Shown piece after piece: positions 10,820 through 25,073 of a stretch of DNA of 64,000 nucleotides. Numbering within the stretch: the first letter of the stretch is position 1; every line of letters starts with the position of its first letter. The stretch is from an uncultured Candidatus Binatia bacterium. GTDB taxonomy: Bacteria; Desulfobacterota; Binatia; UBA9968; JAJDTQ01. Under the pieces are notes generated by a model, which saw only the letters and a list, made by a program, of their open reading frames with translations, was not told the origin of the DNA and did not search any database. The translations under genes and the position numbers were made by a program. The stretch lies in assembly GCA_965213675.1 (NCBI GenBank), contig OZ243916.1, positions 3,552,001 to 3,616,000 on the forward strand, given 5' to 3'.

Positions 10820-12255
10820 GGTTTTTTCTTCACGGTGATGCCCAGGTCCGTGATCTTCTTGCGCAGCGTGTTGCGGTTGATGCCGAGCATCTGGGCGGCG
10901 CGGATCTGGTTGCCGCGGGCGGCCATGAGGGTCATCTCGATGAGCGGACGCTCCACGTGTCCGATGATCGTCGCATGCAGCTTCTCCACTTGCGTGTCGC
11001 GCGTGCGCCTGAAGTACTCTTCCAGCCGTCCGCGGATGATCTCTTCCAGCGACAGGCTGTCGTAGTCCGGCGTCCTGGCCTGCCGGTCCGACAGCGCAAA
11101 ATCCCGTGACGACAGGATCGGTCCCGGGGAGAGCACGGCCGCGCGGATGAGCACGTTCTCCAGCTCCCGGACGTTGCCGGGCCAGTCGTACTGCTGGAGT
11201 TCCCTGAGCGCGTCCGCGGACACCCCCGATATCTGCGCGCCCATGTCGTTGTTCACCTTGGCGATGAAGAAGTCGATGAGCACCGGCAGATCGCTGCGCC
11301 GGTCCCGCAGGGGCGGAATTTCGATGGGGATGACCTTGAGGCGGAAGTAGAGATCGTCCCGGAACCGCTCCTCGTGGACGGCCTTCTCCAGGTCCCGGTT
11401 GGTGGCCGTCAACAGCCGGGCGTCCGATTGCAGCATGTCCTTGCCGCCGACGCGCCGGTAGGAGCCGTCCTGCAGCACGCGCAGCAGCTTGGTCTGAAGG
11501 TCCAGCGGCAACTCGCCGATTTCGTCGAGGAACAGGGTCCCGTGGTGGGCCAGCTCGAAGGTGCCCAGGCGTCTTTCCAGGGCGCCGGTGAACGCCCCCT
11601 TCTCGTGTCCGAAGAGCTCGGATTCCAGCAAATCGCGCGGGATCGCCGCGCAGTTCACCGGTACGAAGGGCTTGTTCCACCGAGCGGAGTTGTAGTGGAT
11701 GGTCTTGGCGACGAGTTCCTTGCCCGTGCCGCTCTCACCCTGGATGAGGATGGTGGTGTCGGTGCCGGCCACCTGTCCGATGGTCTTGAAGACCTGTTGC
11801 ATGGCGGCGCTGGTGCCGATCATGTTGACGCCGGGTTCGTACTTCTTCTTGACTTCCTCCTTGAGATCGCTCAACTCGCGGCTCAGCCGGCGTCGCTCCA
11901 GCGCCCGTTCCAGCACCACCGTCAGCACGTCGAGGTCGAAGGGCTTGGTGAGGTAGTCGAAGGCGCCGGCCTTCATGGCGTCGATGGCGTTGCGCATGGT
12001 GTTCTGCGCGGTCATGAGGATGAAGGGCGTTGGCAGGCCGGCCTCCCGCGCGGCATCCAGGAGCGCCAGTCCCTCCATGTCCGGCAGGTGGATGTCCACG
12101 AGAGCGGCATCGAAGGTCGATTCGTCCATCAACCGCTTCGCCTCGCGCCCGGTGGTGGCGGCGGCCACCCAGTATCCCTCCTTCTCCAGCGCCTTGCGCA
12201 GTACGCGGCTCAGGGATTCCTCGTCTTCCACCAAAAGAATGCGGCCCAGTTCCAT
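10816..12255 (-). CDS. ntrC: Sigma54-dependent response regulator, NtrC family
   Basis: Receiver domain, [24 protein letters not shown]-terminal [23 protein letters not shown]. Confidence 0.85.
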   Translation of the reverse strand: MELGRILLVEDEESLSRVLRKALEKEGYWVAAATTGREAKRLMDESTFDAALVDIHLPDMEGLALLDAAREAGLPTPFILMTAQNTMRNAIDAMKAGAFDYLTKPFDLDVLTVVLERALERRRLSRELSDLKEEVKKKYEPGVNMIGTSAAMQQVFKTIGQVAGTDTTILIQGESGTGKELVAKTIHYNSARWNKPFVPVNCAAIPRDLLESELFGHEKGAFTGALERRLGTFELAHHGTLFLDEIGELPLDLQTKLLRVLQDGSYRRVGGKDMLQSDARLLTATNRDLEKAVHEERFRDDLYFRLKVIPIEIPPLRDRRSDLPVLIDFFIAKVNNDMGAQISGVSADALRELQQYDWPGNVRELENVLIRAAVLSPGPILSSRDFALSDRQARTPDYDSLSLEEIIRGRLEEYFRRTRDTQVEKLHATIIGHVERPLIEMTLMAARGNQIRAAQMLGINRNTLRKKITDLGITVKKKP

Positions 12256-12260
12256 GGCGT

Positions 12261-13370
12261 TCAACCCTGTTGCGCGGGCAGTGAGACCTTGAACACCGAT
12301 CCCTCGTCCACCCGGCTGTCCACGCCCAGGCGGCCGCCGTGTTCCTTGATGGTGGTGTCGCAGATGGCCAGTCCCAGACCGGTGCCGCGGCGCTTCCGGG
12401 TGAAGAAGGGCGAGAAGACGTGCGGCAGGTCCGCTTCATCGATGCCGGCGCCCTCGTCGCTGATGTCGACCCGGACGAACCGGGTGCTGGCGGCGTGTCC
12501 CGTGCGCAGCGGGAAATCCGTCTCCATGTGCGTGGCCACGGTCAGGCAACCGCCTTCGCTCATGGCCTGAAGCGCGTTCTTCACGAGGTTCAGGAAAACC
12601 TGAATGAGGCGGTCCCGGTCGCCTGTGATCGGCGGCAGGCTGGGGTCGAAGCAACGTTGGATGCGCACGCTGGCGCTGGCGGCCGCGGGCGCTTCCAGGC
12701 GCAGCACGTGCTCCAGCAACTCGTGCACGTTCAGCGGCTCCAGGCGCAGGCCCGCCGGCCGCGCAAGGTCGAGAAGCTGGTCCAGCAGTTGATTGACGCG
12801 CTCCACTTCCCGGATCATGATGTCGGTGTTCTCCACGAGCGAAGCGTCGTGGGTGACCTCGGCGCGGATGAGTTGCGCCGCCCCCATGATTCCCCCGAGG
12901 GGGTTCTTGATCTCGTGGGCCAGGGCCGCGGCCACCTTGCCCAGCAGGGCGAGGCGGTCCGACCGCCTCAGATCCTCCTCCATGGCTTGTCTCAGGGCGC
13001 GGTCGCGCAGCAACAGCACACTGCCCGATACCTGTCCGCCGCGGTCTCGCAGGGGCGACACCAAGGCGCTCACCGGCACCTTCCCGCGTGGCGGTTTGAC
13101 GAAGTCGTTCTCGGCCCGGCTGGTGCCTTCATCGGGGCCAAGGCTGTTGTCGATCATGTCCACCAGCCAGGCGTTGGCGCGGAACAGGTCGCCCGCGTCG
13201 CGCGCCAGCAGGCTGCGCGCGGAGAGCCCGGTGAGGGTCTCGGCGGCCTGGTTGACGAAGGCAACGCGGCGCGCGCAATCCACCACCACCACCGCGTCCT
13301 CGAGGCTGGTGAGAACATCCTGCCACGAGACCTCCGCCGCGGCAGCACCGGCCTGGGGCGCGGTGGGCAT
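12261..13370 (-). CDS. ntrB: PAS sensor histidine kinase, NtrB family
   Basis: PAS (VNQAAE), LAHEIKNPLGGI, QVFLNLVKNA, DEGAGI, PFFT, GTGLGL; start uncertain. Confidence 0.82.
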   Translation of the reverse strand: MPTAPQAGAAAAEVSWQDVLTSLEDAVVVVDCARRVAFVNQAAETLTGLSARSLLARDAGDLFRANAWLVDMIDNSLGPDEGTSRAENDFVKPPRGKVPVSALVSPLRDRGGQVSGSVLLLRDRALRQAMEEDLRRSDRLALLGKVAAALAHEIKNPLGGIMGAAQLIRAEVTHDASLVENTDIMIREVERVNQLLDQLLDLARPAGLRLEPLNVHELLEHVLRLEAPAAASASVRIQRCFDPSLPPITGDRDRLIQVFLNLVKNALQAMSEGGCLTVATHMETDFPLRTGHAASTRFVRVDISDEGAGIDEADLPHVFSPFFTRKRRGTGLGLAICDTTIKEHGGRLGVDSRVDEGSVFKVSLPAQQG

Positions 13371-13618
13371 GATCTTCGCCAACTCTCGGCTCTCCTTCCG
13401 TAACTGCCGTTCAAGCTGAAGAGGATTATCCGAGGGTAGCCGACCGGCCGTCGAAAAGCGAATCACACTTCCCCAACCGGTGCTGGCTGAACTGAACCAC
13501 TGCCCGCCCCACGCCGGCTCCCGTCTCGCGTTGGATTCTTCCTCCTTCAGGCTCATGTCTCGTTGAAGAGCTCTCTGACTTGCATTCGGTCGTGTCAGTG
13601 TGTAAGAGTGGGACACCG

Positions 13619-13646
13619 GTGGGCAGCTTGCCCGCTTTTTTATTTG
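13619..13646 (+). promoter_or_regulatory. rimP leader hairpin / attenuator-like element
   Basis: GTGGGC-AGCTT-GCCCGC followed by TTTTTTATTT just upstream of rimP, as in known rimP-leader structures. Confidence 0.6.
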
Positions 13647-13651
13647 TGCCG

Positions 13652-14143
13652 ATGACGACGAGAAAGACATTGGAGCGCCTCTGGGAGATCGTCGAGCCGC
13701 TGGCCGCGGATCAGGCACTGGAGGTTGTGGACATCGAGCTCCGGCACGAAGGGGGCGCGGGGCGCGTCCTTCGGGTCTACCTGGATCGGGTGGAGAAGCA
13801 GGAGGAGACCGACGCTCCCGGCCTCGACGAGTTGAGCCGGGTGAGCCGCGAGCTCAGCGACCTGCTGGATGTCTACGACGTGGTGGAGGGTGCGTACACG
13901 CTGGAGATCTCGTCGCCGGGCGTCAACCGGCCCCTGCGGAAGCCCGAACATTTCGCGCGCTTCGTGGGGCAACGGGTACGGCTCCAGACCGGAGAGATGA
14001 TCGACGGCCGGAGAAAGTTTTCGGGACCCCTGCACGGCGCCGCCGGGGACGGCGTCGTGGTGCTGCAGGACGGGCGCGAGGTCTTCATCCCGTTCGGCCT
14101 GATCTTGAAGGCGAGCGTCGAGTACGATTGGGCGTCACCCTGA
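13652..14143 (+). CDS. rimP: Ribosome maturation factor RimP
   Basis: LRVYLD, YTLEISSPGVNRPL; position before nusA. Confidence 0.93.
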   Translation: MTTRKTLERLWEIVEPLAADQALEVVDIELRHEGGAGRVLRVYLDRVEKQEETDAPGLDELSRVSRELSDLLDVYDVVEGAYTLEISSPGVNRPLRKPEHFARFVGQRVRLQTGEMIDGRRKFSGPLHGAAGDGVVVLQDGREVFIPFGLILKASVEYDWASP

Positions 14144-14167
14144 GGCGGCCCCGGTCGGGGGAACAAG

Positions 14168-15577
14168 ATGCAGCAGGATCTGAACCGGGTCATTGAGCAG
14201 GTGACCAAGGAAAAGGGCATCGACAAGGCGATCCTCGTCGAAGCCATCGAGTCCGCCATGGTGTCGGCGGCCAAGAAGACGTTCGGCGCGGAGCGCACCT
14301 TCGAGGCCCAGTACAACCCGGACATCGGTGAGATCGAGCTGTTCGAGGCCAAGGTCGTGGTGGACGACGTCGCCGACCCCGAGACCCAGATCGACCTGGA
14401 CGACGCGCGCGAGAGCCTGGACCCGGACGTGGAACTCGGCGACGAACTGCTCATGAAGATCGACTCCCAGGTCTTTGGCCGGATCGCGGCGCAGGCGGCC
14501 AAGCAGAACATCGTTCAGCGGGTGCGGGACGTCGAGCGCGAGATCATCTTCAACGAGTTCAAGGACCGCCAGGGCGAACTGGTGCATGGCATCGTTCAGC
14601 GCTTCGAGAAGAACAACCTCATCGTCAATCTCGGCAGGACCAACGCCATCCTGCCGGAGAAGGAACAGGTGCCGCGCGAACGCTACCGGCAGGGCGACCG
14701 CATCCGTGCCTATATCGTGAGCGTGGAGATGACCAGCCGCGGTCCCCAGATCGTCCTTTCGCGTACCCACCCGGGCATGCTCATCAAGCTCTTCGAGCAG
14801 GAGGTGCCGGAAATCTACGAAGGCATCGTCGAGGTGAAGGGCGCGGCGCGCGAGCCGGGCGGACGGGCGAAGATCGCCGTGGCCTCCAACGATGCCGAGG
14901 TGGACCCGGTGGGCGCGTGCGTGGGCATGAAGGGAACCCGGGTGCAGTCGGTGGTGCAGGAGTTGCGCGGGGAGAAGATCGACATCGTGCACTGGATTCC
15001 GGAGCAGGCCGAGTACGTGTGCCGCGCGCTCGCGCCCGCCAAGGTCACCAAGATTTTCCTCGACGACGACGCGCACTCCATGGAGGTGATCGTCCCGGAC
15101 GAGCAACTCTCCCTGGCCATCGGGCGCAAGGGTCAGAACGTCCGGTTGGCCTCCCGGCTTACCGGTTGGGGTATCGATGCGCGCAGCGAGTCGGAGGCGG
15201 AAGAGGAGAGCCGGCAGGCGCGCCAGTCGCTGTCGGCGGTGCCGGGCGTGAGCGACGTGATGGCGGAACTGCTCTACCAGTCGGGCTTCAAGTCGGCCGA
15301 GGACCTGGCGGAGGCCGATTCCTCCACCATCCATGAGATCACCGGCATCGAGCCGGAACGGGCGGCCGCCATCCTGGATGCCGTGACGACGCACGTAGAG
15401 GCGTTGCGCGAGCAGGCCGCGCGGGAGGCGGAAGAAGCCGCACAGGCCGCCGAGGCGGGTGAAGAGGCCCTTGAGGCGAGCGCGGGTTCGGCGGACGGCG
15501 AGCGGGAAGCCGAAACGCCGCCGCCCAGCGCCGAGTCGGCGCAGGCGCCGGAGCAAACGGCCGAACAGCCGGAATGA
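14168..15577 (+). CDS. nusA: Transcription termination/antitermination factor NusA
   Basis: [45 protein letters not shown]. Confidence 0.97.
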   Translation: MQQDLNRVIEQVTKEKGIDKAILVEAIESAMVSAAKKTFGAERTFEAQYNPDIGEIELFEAKVVVDDVADPETQIDLDDARESLDPDVELGDELLMKIDSQVFGRIAAQAAKQNIVQRVRDVEREIIFNEFKDRQGELVHGIVQRFEKNNLIVNLGRTNAILPEKEQVPRERYRQGDRIRAYIVSVEMTSRGPQIVLSRTHPGMLIKLFEQEVPEIYEGIVEVKGAAREPGGRAKIAVASNDAEVDPVGACVGMKGTRVQSVVQELRGEKIDIVHWIPEQAEYVCRALAPAKVTKIFLDDDAHSMEVIVPDEQLSLAIGRKGQNVRLASRLTGWGIDARSESEAEEESRQARQSLSAVPGVSDVMAELLYQSGFKSAEDLAEADSSTIHEITGIEPERAAAILDAVTTHVEALREQAAREAEEAAQAAEAGEEALEASAGSADGEREAETPPPSAESAQAPEQTAEQPE

Positions 15578-15830
15578 ACGCCGCGCCGGCGCGGACGTGT
15601 CTGGGTTGCGGCCGGCGCGACGCCAAGACGGCCATGCACCGGCTCGCGTTCACGGAGAACGGTCTGGAACCCGAGGAAGTCCGGGGACGAGGAGGCTATC
15701 TGCATTACCGCGAGGATTGTTGGCGAGCTTTCCTGAAACGGAAGAGCCTGTACCGGGCTTTCCGTCGCGATCTGCCCCGCGGGGATCGTGAGAACCTGGT
15801 GGAAAAGCTTCGCGCTCAATGGGGTGGGAA

Positions 15831-15834
<4 letters not shown>
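15574..15834 (+). CDS. ylxR: YlxR/RnpM family RNA-binding protein
   Basis: RTCLGCG, GRGGYLH; lies between nusA and infB. Confidence 0.85.
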
Positions 15835-18674
<2,840 letters not shown>

Positions 18675-18777
18675 CGCACAGGCTCCTAGGTGACGTCACG
18701 CAGCCAGCGGCGAGAAGGACCCACAGATGGGTCCACGTATCTTCGAAACGCAGGCTCCCGGGTTCACAGATGGCGGT

Positions 18778-19065
18778 ATGGTGATCGGTATCCTCAAGCT
18801 TGCGCTGATCCTGCCGGAGAATCACTCGCTTAAAGGGAAACGGTCCGTGCTGCGCCGCGTCCAGTCGCGCGTGTCCAATCGGTTCAATGTTTCCACGACG
18901 GAGTGCGGCGACCAGGAGTCGTGGCAGCGAGCGTTGCTGGGGTTCGCGGCCGCGGGCAGCAATGCGCGAGTCGTGGAAGCCACGTTGCGTGAAGTGACGG
19001 AGTTCGTGAACGGCATGGGTCTGGCGGAACTGGGTGAGACGGAACTCCGCGTCTTTCACGAATAG
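18778..19065 (+). CDS. DUF503 (YlxP) family protein
   Basis: HSLKGKRSV, RFNVS, DQESWQRA; conserved position after infB. Confidence 0.85.
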   Translation: MVIGILKLALILPENHSLKGKRSVLRRVQSRVSNRFNVSTTECGDQESWQRALLGFAAAGSNARVVEATLREVTEFVNGMGLAELGETELRVFHE

Positions 19066-19101
19066 CCCGCGACGCGCCAACGACATCATGGAATCGAGCG
19101 A

Positions 19102-19470
19102 TTGGCCAGAATTCGTCAAAGGACAGGCATTCCGCGTTCGCAGCGCGTGGGCGACTTGCTCATGGAGTTCGTCTCGCGGCTGCTGGCGCGCTCGCTCAAC
19201 GACCCGCGGCTCGCTTCGGTGACGTTGACCGGGGCGAACGTGCGCCCGGATCTCAAGCACGCGACGCTCTACTTCACGGTACGCGACGGCGGGGTCTCCA
19301 GGGACGAGGCGCTTTTGGGCATGCGCGCCGCCACGGGTTTCGTCCGCAGCCGGATCGCCGCCGAACTCAAGCTGCGTTTCGTTCCCGACCTCGAGTTCGT
19401 CCACGACGAGGCCCCGGACCGTGCCCGGCGCATCGACGACCTTCTCGGCCAACTCCGGTCCAAGCCATAG
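19102..19470 (+). CDS. rbfA: Ribosome-binding factor A
   Basis: DPRL, DLKHA, LRFVPDLEF. Confidence 0.92.
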   Translation: MARIRQRTGIPRSQRVGDLLMEFVSRLLARSLNDPRLASVTLTGANVRPDLKHATLYFTVRDGGVSRDEALLGMRAATGFVRSRIAAELKLRFVPDLEFVHDEAPDRARRIDDLLGQLRSKP

Positions 19471-19489
19471 CCGGCGGGACTTTACGATC

Positions 19490-20395
19490 ATGCATGTGGT
19501 CACGAGCGGCATCCTGCTTGTAGACAAGCCGGAGGGCCCAACCTCGGCGCGGGTGGTGGCCGCGGCCAAGCATATCACGGGCGCGCGCAAGGTCGGGCAC
19601 CTGGGAACCCTGGACCCGTTCGCATCCGGGCTCCTGCCGCTGGCGGTCAACGAAGCCACCAAGGTCGCACAGCACTTCCTGGACTCGGACAAGGGGTACA
19701 CCGGCGTCATCACGCTCGGCGCCGAGACCGACACCCAGGACCGCACTGGCACGGTGCTGGTTCGGCGCGACCCGGCGCGGCCGGGTCCTGCGGAGCTTGA
19801 AACCCTGCGGCGGGAGTTCAGCGGCCGTTTGCGTCAGGTGCCGCCGATGTATTCGGCGCTCAAGCGGGACGGCGCGCGGCTCTACGAATTGGCGCGCAAG
19901 GGTGTCGAGGTGGCGCGGGAGGCGCGCGAGATCCGGGTTGAGATCACGCGTCTGGAACCGCTGGGGCCGGCGGAGCTGGGGTTCGACATGACCTGCTCCA
20001 AGGGCACCTACGTGCGCACCCTGGCGGCGGACATTGGCACCGCCCTGGGTTGCGGCGGCTACCTGAGCCGTCTGCGCCGGGTGGCGTCCGGTCCGTTTCG
20101 CATCGACGATGCCGTGACCCTGGACGCCTTGAGGGAACTGCCGGATGGCGTTGCCGTGCCGCTGGTGCCGTTGAACCGTGCCCTGGACCACCTGGGTTGC
20201 GCGGTTCTGAGCCGTGCCGCGGCCGACGGGCTCAGGCGTGGACTTCAGGGAGCGCTGGCGGGTGTCGGGACGCCCGAGCCGGGGGAGACCACCCGCCGGG
20301 TGGTGGATGCGGACGGCGGGTTGGTGGCGTTGATCGGATGGGAGGCGATGGTGCGGAGGTGGCAGATTCAGCGCGTCTTCAACCGTTCCGGATGA
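19490..20395 (+). CDS. truB: tRNA pseudouridine(55) synthase
   Basis: KVGHLGTLDPFASGLL, QVPPMYSALK, CSKGTYVRTL. Confidence 0.95.
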   Translation: MHVVTSGILLVDKPEGPTSARVVAAAKHITGARKVGHLGTLDPFASGLLPLAVNEATKVAQHFLDSDKGYTGVITLGAETDTQDRTGTVLVRRDPARPGPAELETLRREFSGRLRQVPPMYSALKRDGARLYELARKGVEVAREAREIRVEITRLEPLGPAELGFDMTCSKGTYVRTLAADIGTALGCGGYLSRLRRVASGPFRIDDAVTLDALRELPDGVAVPLVPLNRALDHLGCAVLSRAAADGLRRGLQGALAGVGTPEPGETTRRVVDADGGLVALIGWEAMVRRWQIQRVFNRSG

Positions 20396-20491
20396 GTGCG
20401 GGCGCTTTCCGGCCCGGCTTTTGCAAGTGCGCGGCCAGTATGCTAAAAACCTGACGAGATCAAACATACAGGAGAAAGAAAAAGGGTACAG

Positions 20492-20761
20492 ATGGAATCA
20501 GCTCGGGAGCAGACCAGCGAGACGATCAGGCAATTCAGACTCCACGATTCGGACACCGGTTCGCCTGAGGTTCAGGTGGCCATTCATAGCCACCGTATCA
20601 ATTATCTGACAGAGCATCTGAGAACTCACAAGAAGGACCATCACACGCGGATGGGCCTGCTCAGGCTCGTCGGCAAAAGGCGGCGGCTTCTGGATTATCT
20701 CAAGAAGAGGGATGTTCAGAGGTACCAGACCTTGATCCAGCGGCTGGGTATCCGGCGATAA
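20492..20761 (+). CDS. rpsO: 30S ribosomal protein S15
   Basis: [24 protein letters not shown]. Confidence 0.96.
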   Translation: MESAREQTSETIRQFRLHDSDTGSPEVQVAIHSHRINYLTEHLRTHKKDHHTRMGLLRLVGKRRRLLDYLKKRDVQRYQTLIQRLGIRR

Positions 20762-20840
20762 TTCGCCAATGGATGCCCGGCCGTTGTCGTCCCTTCCCGC
20801 GTTCTTCTCTTCAGCCCCCACTGCCCTCGAGGGTACACTT

Positions 20841-22937
20841 ATGCAGACAAAAATCGAGTTGGATTATTGCGGCCGAACTCTGTCCGTCGACTTGGGCAAG
20901 GTCGCCAAACAGGCCGACGGGGCCGCGCTGGTGCGTTTCGGCGAGACCGTCGTCCTCGCCACCGCGGTTGCCTCCAAGGACATCCGCGAGGATATCGATT
21001 TCTTCCCGCTCACCGTCGATTACCAGGAAAAGACCTTTGCCGCCGGGCGCATTCCCGGCGGTTTTTTCAAGCGCGAGGGACGCCCCTCGGAAAAGGAAAT
21101 CCTCAATTGCCGGCTCATCGACCGGTCCATCCGGCCGTTGTTCGCGGGCGGCCTCAAGGCCGAGACGCAGATCATCGTCACGGTGTTGTCCGCTGACGGC
21201 GAGAACGACACCGACGCGGTTTCCATGTTCGCCGCCTCGCTGGCCATCGAGATATCGGATATCCCGTTCAACGGCCCTCTGGCCGGCGTCCGCGTGGGCC
21301 GCCTGAACGGCGAGTGGGTCATGAATCCGTTTCAGAGCCAGGTTCCGGATTGCGACGTCAACATCTTCCTTTCGGGTACCCGTGACGGCATCGTGATGGT
21401 GGAAGGGGGCGCGTCGATGGTGCCCGAGGAGGGCGTGCTGGACGCGCTGTTCCAGGGCCACCAGGCGATCCAGCCGCTCATCGATCTGCAGGAAAAGCTC
21501 AGGGAACAGCTCGGCAAACCCAAGCGCGTGGCGCCCCAGGAGGAGAAGGACGAGTCCTTGACGGCTTGGGTGCGGGACCGCGCCGAGGCGCAGGTCAGGG
21601 AGGCGGTGTGCATCGCCGACAAGAAGCAACGCAACTCCCGCATCGACGAGGTGGGCAGCGGGGTCCTGGCGGCGGGCGCGGACGAGTTTCCCGGACGCGA
21701 ACGGGAGGTCAAGGGCGCCTTCAAGGCTCTGGAAAAGTTTCAGCTCCGGGACCTCGTGGTGCAGCGCAAGCGCATCGACGGCCGCGGTCTCAAGGACGTG
21801 CGTCCCATCGCCTGCGAAGTGGATCTGCTGCCGCGCACCCACGGGTCGGCGCTATTCACCCGTGGCGAAACCCAGGCGCTGGTGGTGGCCACCCTCGGCA
21901 CGGCGTCCGACGCCCAGCGCGTCGACGCGCTCACCGGCGAGCAGTTCAAGAAGTTCATGCTGCATTACAACTTCCCTCCCTACAGCACTGGCGAGGTCAA
22001 GTTCCTGCGCAGTCCGGGCCGGCGTGAGATCGGCCACGGCGCGCTGGCCGAGCGCGCGCTGGTGCCGGTGCTCCCGGCCGAGGACACGTTCCCCTATACC
22101 CTGCGCGTGGTGTCCGAGATCCTGGCATCCAACGGTTCCAGTTCCATGGCGAGCGTCTGCGGCGGTTCCCTCTCGCTCATGGATGCGGGCGTTCCCATCA
22201 AGGCGCCGGTGGCGGGCATCGCCATGGGCCTCATCAAGGAAGGCGACGAGGTGCGGGTGCTCACCGACATCCTCGGCGACGAGGACCACCTGGGCGACAT
22301 GGACTTCAAGGTAGCCGGGACCCGGGAAGGCATCACCGCGCTGCAAATGGACATCAAGATCAGCGGCGTCACCCGCGAGATCATGCAGGAGGCCCTGTAC
22401 CAGGCGCGGGAAGGCCGCCTGCACATCCTCGACATCATGGACGGCACGCTGGCGACGACGCGCACGGAGGTCTCGCAGCACGCCCCCCGCATCACCACCA
22501 TCAAGGTGCGGCCCGAGAAGATCCGCGACATCATCGGACCGGGAGGCAAGGTCATCCGCGGCATCGTTGAGGCCACGGGCACGAAGATCGACGTGCAGGA
22601 CGACGGCACCGTCACGGTCGCGTCCAGCGACGAGGCGGGCAGCCGCCGGGCCCTGGACATGATCGAGGGCATCGTCGCCGAGGTGGAGATCGGCCGCATC
22701 TACAAGGGCACGGTGCGGCGGGTGATGGACTTCGGCGCGTTCGTGGAGATCCTGCCGGGCACCGACGGACTGGTGCACATCTCACAGATCGCCGACGACC
22801 ATGTGCGGCGCGTCCGGGACGTGCTCAACGAGGGCGACGAGTTGATGGTGAAGGTGCTGGACGTGGACCGGCAGGGCAAGATCCGGCTCAGCCGCAAGGA
22901 GGCTCTGAAGGAAGAGCAGACCTCCGAACGGGTGTAG
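20841..22937 (+). CDS. pnp: Polyribonucleotide nucleotidyltransferase
   Basis: DFFPLTVDY, RREIGHG, SNGSSSMASVC, GDMDFKVAG, KH and S1 domains. Confidence 0.97.
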   Translation: MQTKIELDYCGRTLSVDLGKVAKQADGAALVRFGETVVLATAVASKDIREDIDFFPLTVDYQEKTFAAGRIPGGFFKREGRPSEKEILNCRLIDRSIRPLFAGGLKAETQIIVTVLSADGENDTDAVSMFAASLAIEISDIPFNGPLAGVRVGRLNGEWVMNPFQSQVPDCDVNIFLSGTRDGIVMVEGGASMVPEEGVLDALFQGHQAIQPLIDLQEKLREQLGKPKRVAPQEEKDESLTAWVRDRAEAQVREAVCIADKKQRNSRIDEVGSGVLAAGADEFPGREREVKGAFKALEKFQLRDLVVQRKRIDGRGLKDVRPIACEVDLLPRTHGSALFTRGETQALVVATLGTASDAQRVDALTGEQFKKFMLHYNFPPYSTGEVKFLRSPGRREIGHGALAERALVPVLPAEDTFPYTLRVVSEILASNGSSSMASVCGGSLSLMDAGVPIKAPVAGIAMGLIKEGDEVRVLTDILGDEDHLGDMDFKVAGTREGITALQMDIKISGVTREIMQEALYQAREGRLHILDIMDGTLATTRTEVSQHAPRITTIKVRPEKIRDIIGPGGKVIRGIVEATGTKIDVQDDGTVTVASSDEAGSRRALDMIEGIVAEVEIGRIYKGTVRRVMDFGAFVEILPGTDGLVHISQIADDHVRRVRDVLNEGDELMVKVLDVDRQGKIRLSRKEALKEEQTSERV

Positions 22938-23042
22938 CGGCGGACTTCAAGCCGGAGCGTCAATTCCCCAACAGATCGGGCACGGGCGCCAGCCCAGTCG
23001 TGCCCACATGGCGATGGCATCGCCGAAAGTGTCGTCCATCCG

Positions 23043-24329
23043 ATGTTCGAAAAAACAGTTCTGGACAACGGCGTCAGGATCCTTACCGAGCAGCGTTCCG
23101 GGACCCGGGCGGTGAGCCTGGGCATCTGGGTGGAGAACGGCTCGCGCCATGAGGAGCTCGGTCAGGGCGGCCTGTCCCACTTTCTGGAGCACCTGCTGTT
23201 CAAGGGCACGAAGACCCGCAGCGCGCAACGGATCGCTGAAGAGATGGACGCCGTGGGCGGCGTGCTCAACGCGTTCACCGGCAAGGAAAACACCTGCTAC
23301 TACGCCAAGGTGGTGGACGAGCACCTGCCGTTGGCCGTCGACGTCCTGAGCGATCTCTTCCTCAACTCGACGTTCGATCCGGAAGAGATCGAGCGCGAGC
23401 GCACCGTCATCCTTCAGGAGATCGCCTCGGCGGATGAAAACCCCGAGGACTTCGTCCACGATCTGTTCAGCCTCGACTATTTCGGCGATCATCCGCTGGC
23501 TCGACCGGTCTCCGGCGAAGTGGACACGGTTTCCGGCTTCACCCGGGACGATCTCCTGGGCTTCATGACAGAGCGTTATCTGCCCGGACGGATCGTCATC
23601 GCCGGCGCCGGGAATCTGGCGCACGCCGTTCTGGTGGACGCCGTGGGCGGCGCCTTTGGCGCGCTGCAGGCCAAGCCGTTGCAGGGCCGGGCGGCGCCGC
23701 CGGACGCCCGTTGCGGCCTGCACCATCATCCGCGCAAGCTCGGACAAGTGCACATTTGCCTGGGAGTGCCCGCGTTGGCGCACGGCGACCCGCGCATGTA
23801 CGTGGCGCACGTACTCAATACGTTGCTCGGGGGCGGGATGAGTTCGCGCCTGTTCCAGGAGATACGCGAGCGGCGCGGCAAGGCGTACTCGGTCTATTCG
23901 TTCCTGTCCCCCTACCGCGACACTGGCTACCTCGGCGTCTATGTCGGCACCAAAGCGGAGTGGACGCGGGAAGTCATCGACCTCGCCGCCGGCGAAATGG
24001 CCAAGGTGGCCGCGGGTGACGTGACCGAGGAGGAACTCGCGCGGGCGCGTGAGCAGCTCGTCGGCAACACGCTGCTGGGCCTTGAGTCCGCGGACTCGTG
24101 GATGACGCACATGACCCGGTGCGAAATGCACCGGGGCGAGCAAGTTTCCGTGGACGAGATCACCCGTGGCGTGCGCGATGTCACGCTGGAAGCCGTGGCC
24201 CAACTCGCCCAGGAGTGGTTCGTTCCCGGCGTCCTGACCGCCACCCTGCTCGGCGACCTGGAAGGTCACAGCGTCGACGGGGTCGGGTTCGGCGGCACCG
24301 ACCCCGAGGCGGCGGTCGCCAATCCCTGA
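23043..24329 (+). CDS. M16 family zinc peptidase
   Basis: [11 protein letters not shown] (HxxEH), [18 protein letters not shown]. Confidence 0.92.
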   Translation: MFEKTVLDNGVRILTEQRSGTRAVSLGIWVENGSRHEELGQGGLSHFLEHLLFKGTKTRSAQRIAEEMDAVGGVLNAFTGKENTCYYAKVVDEHLPLAVDVLSDLFLNSTFDPEEIERERTVILQEIASADENPEDFVHDLFSLDYFGDHPLARPVSGEVDTVSGFTRDDLLGFMTERYLPGRIVIAGAGNLAHAVLVDAVGGAFGALQAKPLQGRAAPPDARCGLHHHPRKLGQVHICLGVPALAHGDPRMYVAHVLNTLLGGGMSSRLFQEIRERRGKAYSVYSFLSPYRDTGYLGVYVGTKAEWTREVIDLAAGEMAKVAAGDVTEEELARAREQLVGNTLLGLESADSWMTHMTRCEMHRGEQVSVDEITRGVRDVTLEAVAQLAQEWFVPGVLTATLLGDLEGHSVDGVGFGGTDPEAAVANP

Positions 24330-24414
24330 CGTGCTGGCGGGCGGCAGTTGCAGCGGCGGCGGACCCGGCATCCCCGAAGGGCGCGCGCGAAATCGTACCG
24401 GGACGTTTCGAATC

Positions 24415-24440
24415 GCCATTCCCGCGCAGGCGGGAATCCA
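24415..24440 (+). repeat. REP-like palindrome (GTCATTCCCGC...GCGGGAATCC family)
   Basis: GCCATTCCCGCGCAGGCGGGAATCCA; relatives at 27163 and 46404. Confidence 0.75.
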
Positions 24441-24469
24441 TGAGCGGGGAAGGGCAAACGCACGGCGCC

Positions 24470-24967
24470 ATGGCCGACGTCAAGGTCCAGATCAGGCGGG
24501 TGAGGGACGGCAAAGCCTCCGTTCCCCTGCCGCGCTACATGACCGAGGGCTCGGCCGGGCTGGACCTGGCAGCCGCGGTGGAGGATGAGGTCGAACTTGC
24601 CCCGCTGGAGCGGGCCTTGATACCTACGGGCTTCGCGCTGGCGTTGCCGCCGGGTTTCGAGGGTCAGATCCGTCCCCGGAGCGGACTGGCGCTGAAGCGT
24701 GGCGTTACCTTGGTGAACAGCCCCGGCACCATCGACGCGGACTACCGTGGCGAGGTGCAGCTCGCCATCATCAACTTGGGCACGGAGCCGGCGACCATCC
24801 GCCACGGCGACCGCATCGCCCAGATGGTGGTGCAGCGTGTCCCGCGAGTGCAACTGGAGGAAGTGGACGAACTGCCCGCCTCCACCCGAGACGCCGGCGG
24901 CTTCGGGCACACCGGCGCACAGCAACCGGGAACCGCGAACCCGGCTGACAGGGTGAAGGAACCTTGA
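24470..24967 (+). CDS. dut: dUTP diphosphatase
   Basis: [37 protein letters not shown]. Confidence 0.95.
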   Translation: MADVKVQIRRVRDGKASVPLPRYMTEGSAGLDLAAAVEDEVELAPLERALIPTGFALALPPGFEGQIRPRSGLALKRGVTLVNSPGTIDADYRGEVQLAIINLGTEPATIRHGDRIAQMVVQRVPRVQLEEVDELPASTRDAGGFGHTGAQQPGTANPADRVKEP

Positions 24968-24992
24968 GCAGTCGCTACCGCGGCAATTCTGT

Positions 24993-25056
24993 CCGTTCGT
25001 CCTGAGCGTGGCGAGTCCTGGGAGCTTGCCGAAGCGCGAGGGATGTCGAGGGACGG
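24993..25056 (+). repeat. REP-like element (CCGTTCGTCCTGAGC...GTCGA(A/G)GGAC family), degenerate
   Basis: CCGTTCGTCCTGAGCGTGGCG...GAGCTTGCCGAAG...GTCGAGGGACGG; related inverted remnant CCTTTGCTTCGCTCAGAACA near 42025. Confidence 0.5.
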
Positions 25057-25073
25057 AAACTCGAACGCGCAAC

